Assembly (NCBI GenBank): GCA_938091905.1
Contig: CALKOM010000037.1
Location: 1-13,837, forward strand
DNA length: 13,837 nucleotides
Direction: 5' to 3'
Origin: an uncultured Verrucomicrobiales bacterium
GTDB taxonomy: Bacteria; Verrucomicrobiota; Verrucomicrobiia; Verrucomicrobiales; DEV007
Part shown: piece after piece, positions 7,062-13,837 of the stretch
Numbering within the stretch: position 1 is the stretch's first letter
Layout: each line of letters opens with the position of its first letter
Made by a program: the position numbers and the translations under genes
The notes under the pieces: generated by a model
Seen by the model: only the letters and a program-made list of their open reading frames with translations
The model's database searches: none
What the model was told of the DNA's origin: nothing

Positions 7062-9248
7062 CTACTCGATTTCTAACAACAGCACTTCATGCACGTCCTC
7101 GATGAGCGCCGTGACTCCATGCTCGCTAAATTGAATATCTGTCCTTGCGCCAAACGCGAGGACTTGCTTCAAACGATCTTCACACTTGATGCGAACACGG
7201 TAGGGCGGAGTGTCCTCCATCATCGGCGGCAATACCGCAGTGCGCCCCTTGATGGGCGTGGTAGCAGAGGGTTCGATTCATGCGATAAAATGAACTCGTA
7301 AAGTGTTGCTTTCACGCGTGACCACAGATTCCACAAACGCTGGGGCTTCTACGGTGATCATCGGATCCGGTTGAAGGTAACGCATCGCGTTCGTCAAGAG
7401 ATGTCTCGCCTCAGAGATATGGAATTCACTCGTGGCTGCCTCGCCTGGAGAGCAGGCTAAGGTGACCACCTTACCACTCCCAATCTGATTGACTAGAATC
7501 GCAGGCACTAACAGCTTCGTTATATTCGCTGACATAGGAAAGTGCGTTCCCTCCTTACCCTCACGTTGCAACACGGCCCGATGCGGTGGAAGCAATTCGC
7601 CCCAGGCCTTGGCGGTGATCGGTTCGTAGACCACCGCGTTCCCATGGACTAGAAATGGCCAGTCAGCGGGAATACCTTTGGCGAAAGGTGAGTCACTCTC
7701 AGTTTTCTTGAAGCGGATATGACTATCCTTCGAATCCAGTGTTTGTTTCCAGCGACCTCCAATAAGCCTCTTCAGGGCCGACGCATCAAGCGGGTTGCCA
7801 TAGCGGTCATAAAGACCGGTTGCCCCAGTGATGATCGGGTCTCCTCCTGCTTCGACATACGCTGTGAGCGCGGCGACTTCGCTTTCTAACAGGATGCCGA
7901 TGTTAGGGAGCGTAACCACGGGGAACGACTGCAAACGTTCGAGCTTCGCGTTCTCATCGAGAACAATGCCCCAAGGAACATGGGCTTAGACGAATGCCTT
8001 GTGCGTTCCAAGGGCTCCTTGCCATGCCTTGGCCGCGTTTTCACGCCCCAACCAATCACGTGTGCGATGCGAGAAGTAGATCCCAACATCCGCATGCAAC
8101 GGTTGCCCAAAGTGCTTCCGCTTCTCGTCGGCTTCTTGGAACACCGTCGCGTGTCTTTGATAGAACACGGGATCAAGACAGCCATCATAGGCTGTCTTGT
8201 CGACCATGGTGCCAAACGCTCCGTGCGCCAACAAAGTCATGATTTCCCAGCGTAGGTCATTCAGAGGACGTGTTGTTTGGTCATGATAGTGACGCACGCC
8301 ACGCTGCATCACCACCTGCACGCGGCGCCCGTCAGCCGTCGCCCGATAGAACTCAGCGTTGAAGCCTACACCTAAGGCGCTGAAGGCCCACTGACCAGTT
8401 TCGCCGGTGATGAAATCCCCCGTCACGCCGTGCTGCACCGGTCGTTGTCCCACTTCAAAGGAGAATGGGGGATTGCCGTGATAGTTGAAATCAACTGACG
8501 TGTCCGGCCAATTCTCTTTCACATAGCGATCAAGCGCCGTTTCGAAAGCAGCACTGCTGTCATATCGAAACTCCATCACCTTCTCCCACTCTGCATCCCA
8601 ACTCAGTGCCTTAGGCATCGCATGCCCGTGCTTGTCTTTAAACCTAGCCTGACAATGTTCGCACCAGCATCCATAGGGAGGCCCAAAGCCTTGGTCGACC
8701 ATATCCAGGTGGAATCCATCAATCTCGTATGCCATCATTTCAGTTAGCAGTTGTTTCACATAGTCAATGTAAGGTGAGTTGAAACAGACTCGCTCAATGG
8801 GCTTCCCGTCCTTGTCGCGCATGCGCCAGTCTGGGTGTTCGTGTAGGGTGTGAGTCGGATACTGCAACACGCAATAGGCAATCACCGGCATCTGATAGGC
8901 CTTTGCGGATGCAACCGTTTCGCGTAGTAAATCGCGCTTACCCAACCCGGGAGCTTTGGGCTGAAGCTTCGAATTGTAGTAGGCGAAGACACCGTCTCTG
9001 GCCCAGATGACCATGTAATCGCAATGAGCAGCCGCCGCTTTCTCGATACATTCCTTTCCTTGGAATCTAGCCACGTAGCCAATGTCTGCGACATCACTTC
9101 CAAACTGGGCGACGGTTGGCCCCGTCTCGATCCCGACAAGTGCCTGCTCATACCAGGGGGCTTCTTGGCTGTAAGCTTGGGATAGACAGCTGCACCTGGG
9201 CGCAGCTCGGAATAAAGCTCCACTTACTCTCCTGACGCTAAACCTCGC
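7062..9248 (-). pseudogene. Glycoside hydrolase pseudogene (GHL6/alpha-L-fucosidase-like TIM barrel plus beta-galactosidase trimerisation-like domain)
   Basis: A single 729-codon frame: PWYEQALVGIETGPT...VIWARDG...CFNSPY...IDGFHLDM...GCWCEHC...; in-frame TAA at 7986-7988 and TGA at 7278-7280; resumes IEPSATTP...VLPPMMEDTPPYRV...EDVHEVLLLEIE* (7062). No in-frame start codon upstream of the conserved-looking N-terminus. Confidence 0.8.
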
Positions 9249-9252
9249 TCAG

Positions 9253-9313
9253 TTGCTAGGAAATAGCGTTTGGCGGGAAAGGGTTGAAATCGCATTGGAC
9301 CGGGGCGGAGGGG
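9253..9313 (+). repeat. Junction repeat copy E (diverged)
   Basis: TTGCTAGGAAATAGCGTTT...CGCATTG-N9-GGAGGGG aligns to copy C with one 2-bp gap and to copy D without gaps. Confidence 0.75.
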
Positions 9314-9452
9314 GTGAAAAGGGAGTTGATCACGTTCTTCCTCAACGATGGTGAGCACCTTTGACGACTCAAGCCTCCATGGATAGGCTGGGACGATCTC
9401 AGAAAATGAGCATTCCTCTACGCCGATGGAGACGCTATCGGTCGCCTTTCCC

Positions 9453-10943
9453 ATGCGTCCTTTCATCCCTCTACTGCTCGCCCTCCTGGTCACCTCGCTT
9501 GGCGCCGCCCCTCCACGCGATCACGTGCTCTTGATCACCATCGATGACCTCAATGACTGGATCGGGTGCCTGAGTGACAAGGACGCCACCGCAAAGAACG
9601 GCCGACTGACCGGTGAAGGGCATCCCCAAGCCTCCACTCCCCACATGGATCGTCTCACCAAACGCGGCGTGCTATTCACCAACGCCCATTGCCAGGCCCC
9701 CATCTGCCGGCCGTCGCGCAACAGCTTCATGTCCGGCCTACGCCCGACGACTTCAGGCGTCTATGGCAACCGGCCACAGTACGATGCGAAGGGCAAATAC
9801 CAACCCGGCAAGAGTCTGCCATGGATGACCCAGCGCTTTGAACAGGCCGGCTACAACGTCTTCACCGCCGGCAAGATCCTCCACGGCAGCCGAAACAAAA
9901 CGCTGGGCGGCACGCCCTGCTTCAAGACCGGCCAGGGCCCCTACCCTCCCAAGAAAATCGTGGTCCCAAAGGAAGTCACCCCCGCCAGCATCTGGGACAT
10001 CGGCGCCTACCCCGAAACTTCGGAACGCTACACCGACTTGCGCATCGCCAAATGGACCGCTGGCAACATCCGTAAGCCGCATCAACCGGAGGATGCTCCC
10101 CGCTTCATGGCCCTTGGCTTCTACAACCCGCACCTGCCCCTGTTCGCGCCGCAGAAGTGGTTCGACGCCGCACCGTCCAAAGGGGACGTGCTGCTTGGTG
10201 CCACCAAGGCCGACGACATGGACGACCTTTCGGCCATCGCCAAACGAATCGCCAGCCGGGTGTCTTTTCAAGCCCCTGCCGATTGGTCCCGTGAAAGCGG
10301 AGCAAACCTCCGCACCCTGACCCAGGCCTACCTCGCCTGCACTTCCGCCATGGACAACGCCCTCGGTGAAGTGATCGAGGCCCTCGATGAAAGCGACATG
10401 GCCGAGAACACCTGGATCGTCGTCTTCTCCGACCATGGCTGGCACCTCGGAGAAAAGGACCACGTTGCCAAACAAACCCTCTGGACCCGCTCAACCCGGG
10501 TCCCCCTGATCGTGGTGCCGCCCCAACGCATGAAGGACACCCCTCGCGGCCTACGCTGTGATCGCCCCGCCGAACTTTTGGACGTCTATCCCACCCTTGT
10601 GGATGCCGCAGGGCTCGACACCAAACCGACCGACGCCCGCCTCGACGGCTTGAGCCTGCTTCCGTGGATTGCCGAACCCTCGGCGGAAAAGGAACGCCCG
10701 GCCATCACCACCATCTACGCCCACAACCACAGCATCGTCGACAGCCGCTACCGCTACACCCGTTACGCCGAAGGCAGCGAAGAACTTTACGATCGCGAGA
10801 AGGACCCGCATGAGTTCGACAATCTGATCGCTCAAGCGAAAACCGATGAGGCCCTGCAAGGCGTCGTCAAAAAGCTCTCCGCATGGATCCCCAAGGACGA
10901 AGCCGGCAAGCCCGACCTGGTCGACGACCGGATCAAGCGTTAG
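9453..10943 (+). CDS. Secreted formylglycine-dependent (S1) sulfatase, iduronate-2-sulfatase/choline-sulfatase-like
   Basis: Signal peptide MRPFIPLLLALLVTSLGA; ITIDDLNDW; CxPxR motif CRPSRNSFMSG; GKILH; GFYNPHLP; FSDHGWHLGEK; ELYD. Visibly more GC-rich than its neighbours. Confidence 0.95.
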   Translation: MRPFIPLLLALLVTSLGAAPPRDHVLLITIDDLNDWIGCLSDKDATAKNGRLTGEGHPQASTPHMDRLTKRGVLFTNAHCQAPICRPSRNSFMSGLRPTTSGVYGNRPQYDAKGKYQPGKSLPWMTQRFEQAGYNVFTAGKILHGSRNKTLGGTPCFKTGQGPYPPKKIVVPKEVTPASIWDIGAYPETSERYTDLRIAKWTAGNIRKPHQPEDAPRFMALGFYNPHLPLFAPQKWFDAAPSKGDVLLGATKADDMDDLSAIAKRIASRVSFQAPADWSRESGANLRTLTQAYLACTSAMDNALGEVIEALDESDMAENTWIVVFSDHGWHLGEKDHVAKQTLWTRSTRVPLIVVPPQRMKDTPRGLRCDRPAELLDVYPTLVDAAGLDTKPTDARLDGLSLLPWIAEPSAEKERPAITTIYAHNHSIVDSRYRYTRYAEGSEELYDREKDPHEFDNLIAQAKTDEALQGVVKKLSAWIPKDEAGKPDLVDDRIKR

Positions 10944-10978
10944 GCAATCTCCACCCAGAGATCAGGCAACTGACTGCT

Positions 10979-11125
10979 ACTCTTATGAAACTGGTTTGCA
11001 CAACCCCGTTTCATCCATGTCTTTCCGAGGCCGTGGACTTGAGGGGCGCTACTAGGAAATTGCTTTTCGTCTACGGGGTCAAATTCGCCGCATTGCTAGG
11101 AATTGGAGGGGGTTCAACAATTTCT
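10979..11125 (+). repeat. Junction repeat copy B (72-bp left unit plus CTAG module)
   Basis: First 72 bp identical to 2706-2777; CTAG at 11052 and 11096; ends GGAGGGG-GTTCAA-CAATTTCT. Confidence 0.95.
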
Positions 11126-11160
11126 CTGGCTCCGCTTTGCGGGACCACTTAAGGGTTGAT

Positions 11161-13380
11161 CTATTTCGCGCTTTCACCCAGCACTTTGAAAAACTTCCGG
11201 GTCGTTTGCCATGGAATATAGGGATCAAAAACTTCCATTTTCTGAGAGTCCTCACGGATGTATTTTATTTCGCCGGGAAAGACGCTATACCAATTGACGT
11301 TGTCATCTGATGTTTACAACTGGAGTCTAAGATTGCCGGGATTCTCGACCCAAAACTGCTGGGGGTTGTTTGCTTGGTTGGTGGGTTGTGTGCTGATGTC
11401 TAGATGATGCACCGTCAAGGTCATATGTAGAGGCGCCGCGGCGAAGAACTCTGAGCCTAAATATGAGAAGGGTAGACTCTATGAGAAGGGTAGACTCTTC
11501 GCAGAAATCACGGCCTTCCCGGGACCAACAATCTGTATAGTGTCACGAGTGTCGCCGATCACCTTAGCCACACTAGGGTCGCTGCTCGTATAGTATACTC
11601 GCCCTTGAATAACGGATTGATTCCAGAAATCATCCGGGGGCACTAAAAGGGGCGCTAAATTGCCCGTCGAACGTGAATCGGTCTGCTAAGTTGCCTGACT
11701 CATCAAGGCCGCTCCAAAGCTCGATGGTTGGCATAAGACCCTCTCTCACTCCTACAACATCCCAAAGGCCCGCTACAAAGAGGCTGCCTAACACATAGTT
11801 TTTGCGATGTCTGATTGAGATTACTTGCTTTGGTCCAGGAAGGGAAGAATATGAAGGATCAGGCACTTCGGGCACCCCCACGTTACTAGCGGAATACGAA
11901 AACAGACCTTCCAATCGTATTCTGGAAAAGAATCATCGAGTTGATTCTTGAGCCGATCAGGATCTCCAACGTCGGGATTCGTATTGAAGATAAATCCATT
12001 AAGCGTCTCAAAGCCGCTGTCCACAATATTTTCAAAGTAATCCTGAACCTCAGAAACATTAAAGCTAGATTCGCTTGTGACATCATTGGAACCGAAGGTC
12101 ATCACGTGCAAGTCAGAATCTGGATAGCTCACTAATGTATCAAAGTTCCATGTGCTACTTTCACTCAACTTTACAGTCAATGGAGTAGCGCTGGGGCCTA
12201 TCGCAGGTGAGCTAAAGACAATAGTATCGATGTCTGCGTAATAGGGGGCCGCCACATTGTCGTAGATCGTGGCGAGGCGATTGGCTCGCGCCTGACCTGC
12301 ATCCGAGTTTGTAATGTCTAGAGCTGTGTTGCGAGCTAATTGGTAGAAATCGTCCTCCAAATCAGCAGGATTTGTCACGAATTTAAAATTCATTCCGATC
12401 AGTGTATCGATCAACCGTGGCCCAGGGCAATCCAACATAGCACTACCATACCTCCCCCAATCGGGCCCTCTAAAACGCTCGATGTAATCAATGGCCCATC
12501 GGTTTATATTACTAGCGTAATAACTGGGATTTTGAGCCCAAGTAGGCCCAAAAAGGACTATTAAATCAGTGGCTGCATTCAACCAAGTGAAATAGAATTT
12601 TCCCGGCGGACGATCATCTATAACCGGATACAGCCGCGACCAGTCTTCGTTCCACTTTGCATCCAGTGTCTTGGTTTCCGTTATTCTATAGTTGTCTTGG
12701 ACCGAAAAAACATCCGGGTAAAAACCAGCTTTGGAACCCGCCGGATATCCATAGGCAACCGCATCGGTTGGAACTGAATCCGGCCCCATAAATACGATCT
12801 TTCCACGAACTTCTGAAAGGGTAGGAATATACTTAATCAAAGAATCTTTCGTAACATCAAGCGCAATACCATTCCAGTAGGGAGCATCGATAGTTCTAAC
12901 TGCGTGAGCTGACGCTTTGCCGTCAGGTCGGAGGGTTTGTTCATTTGGCCAAATTCTTGTCCCCCCTGGAGGTTGATACAAGGCGTCATATTGTGCATGG
13001 ATCACTTTGAAAAGGACTTCAGCGGTAGTGGAGGGACTACCAGCGGTTTCAGAGAGCACCCTGCAATCAAGGATAATGGTTTCACCTGGGTGCAATGCTA
13101 GAACAAAAAACACTCGGCAACGAACTCCCTGTAGGTGCTGCCCATGTCATACTCACCATGGATGACATCGAACGTATCGCCGTCATGCTGAAGGCGCACG
13201 TCGAGGTGACGGATGCCGAAATTTAACATTTGGGTGATGCTGAGAACCTGTGTCTTGGCGAAATTTGCGAAGACTGTGACCTCAGCTTCTGAGGGAGTGG
13301 TCACAGATAAGGGTTTGTAGCCTCGTCCGGAGCCTATGTTTCAGCGCTCGCATTTCTGTCATCTTTGTCTCACGAGGCAC
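11161..13380 (-). pseudogene. Multidomain phosphatidylinositol-specific phospholipase C (PI-PLC X domain) protein with an Ig-like (Big_2) domain; multiply disrupted
   Basis: TQVLSITQMLNFGIRHLDVRL...HG, then after a frameshift (~13100) LALHPGETIIL...PTLSEVRGKIV...VQDNY (PI-PLC motifs). Further frame changes near 11900 and 11650 lead to YTSSDPSVAKV...IVGPGKAVISA (Big_2), FAAAPLHMTLTV and LQL*TSDDNVNW...RKFFKVLGESAK* (11161). 5' boundary approximate. Confidence 0.8.
11462..11497. repeat. Perfect 18-bp tandem duplication TATGAGAAGGGTAGACTC x2
   Basis: Copies at 11462-11479 and 11480-11497; the junction creates a minus-strand TAG (11479-11481) in the pseudogene frame. Confidence 0.95.
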
Positions 13381-13503
13381 TCATCGGTGAGAAACGAGTT
13401 TGCGGTGTAGTTGAATTTTAACTGCAATGAAACCATATTAATACGTAGTCAGACTTCCCTTGTCTATATCGAACCAGCCCCGTAATCTCCCTCACCTTAT
13501 CTC

Positions 13504-13837
13504 ATGAGCACTCGTCTCCTCGCTCTCTTCTTGGCTGCTGTCGCTTTGCCTGTTCAGGCCCGTGTCCTTCTCAATGAAGTGCATATCAACCCACCAAGTG
13601 CCTCAGACCAGACGCACCAGTACCTTGAGATCCTCACTGTTAGTGATTCGAATGTTCCCGAGGCGCAAACTCTGGGAAATTTGTCAGTGCTCTTTATTGA
13701 TTCCAATGGAATCACGGTGGGAGGTATCACTGAGCATGTGAATCTCAATGGATTGCAGACCGGTGCCAACGGTCTGTTGCTGGTTGGGTTGAATTTCGAT
13801 GCGGCCGTTCCATGGACGATTGCGGCGGAGACGGTCA
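13504..13837 (+). CDS. Secreted lamin-tail-domain (LTD)-like protein, N-terminal part (runs off the right edge; not in the ORF track)
   Basis: MSTRLLALFLAAVALPVQA signal peptide, then RVLLNEVHINPP..D..HQYLEI...LNGLQTGANGLLLVG; open to the window end. Confidence 0.8.
   Translation, partial: MSTRLLALFLAAVALPVQARVLLNEVHINPPSASDQTHQYLEILTVSDSNVPEAQTLGNLSVLFIDSNGITVGGITEHVNLNGLQTGANGLLLVGLNFDAAVPWTIAAETV

Noticed and set aside
7270..7279. GGTTCGATTC tRNA T-loop-like motif
   Set aside because: No cloverleaf around it, and it lies within the hydrolase reading frame on the opposite strand.
6758..7301. ORFs 6758..6994 (-) and 7089..7301 (+)
   Set aside because: The first crosses repeat D with no recognisable features; the second is antisense to the hydrolase C-terminal tail.
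9426..9452. Upstream ATG for the sulfatase
   Set aside because: ATG 9453 directly precedes a typical signal peptide; the extra 9 residues add nothing, though they cannot be excluded.
9521..10859. Overlapping alternative-frame and antisense ORFs within the sulfatase (and similar ones within the IS3, secreted protein and regulator genes)
   Set aside because: Shadow ORFs of GC-rich coding sequence with no recognisable motifs.
2706..11125. CRISPR array or classical integron attC array as the explanation for the repeats
   Set aside because: Spacing is 0.4-3.6 kb and irregular, there are no cas or intI genes, and the repeats lack RYYYAAC/GTTRRRY ends and full-length dyad symmetry.
13554..13769. 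71-aa minus-strand ORF
   Set aside because: Antisense to the better-supported LTD-like gene starting at 13504.

Overview
An accessory, island-like region, probably from a Verrucomicrobia-type (PVC) bacterium; this is inferred from a GntR/periplasmic-binding hybrid regulator, a PEP-CTERM-like tail, an S1 sulfatase and secreted multidomain proteins. Left to right: the right end of an ISL3-family IS inserted in an alanine/glycine:cation symporter gene; a 1.3-kb IS3-family element with an A7G frameshift site; a broken hypothetical gene; a secreted PA14-like/MAM-like protein divergent from a GntR-type regulator; small gene scraps; a glycoside hydrolase pseudogene; an intact sulfatase; a heavily broken PI-PLC/Ig-like surface-protein pseudogene (reconstructed by hand through about 5 lesions); and the start of a lamin-tail-domain protein. 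The most unusual signal is five co-oriented copies of a non-coding element (core TGCTAG(G/A)AA) at about 2706, 6424, 6889, 9253 and 10979. They sit at the junctions between unrelated 1-2-gene modules, and several neighbouring genes are cut off at them. This looks like a gene-capture or cassette array that is neither an attC integron nor a CRISPR, but no recombinase is present in the window. All family calls come from motif recognition by eye; no searches were run.
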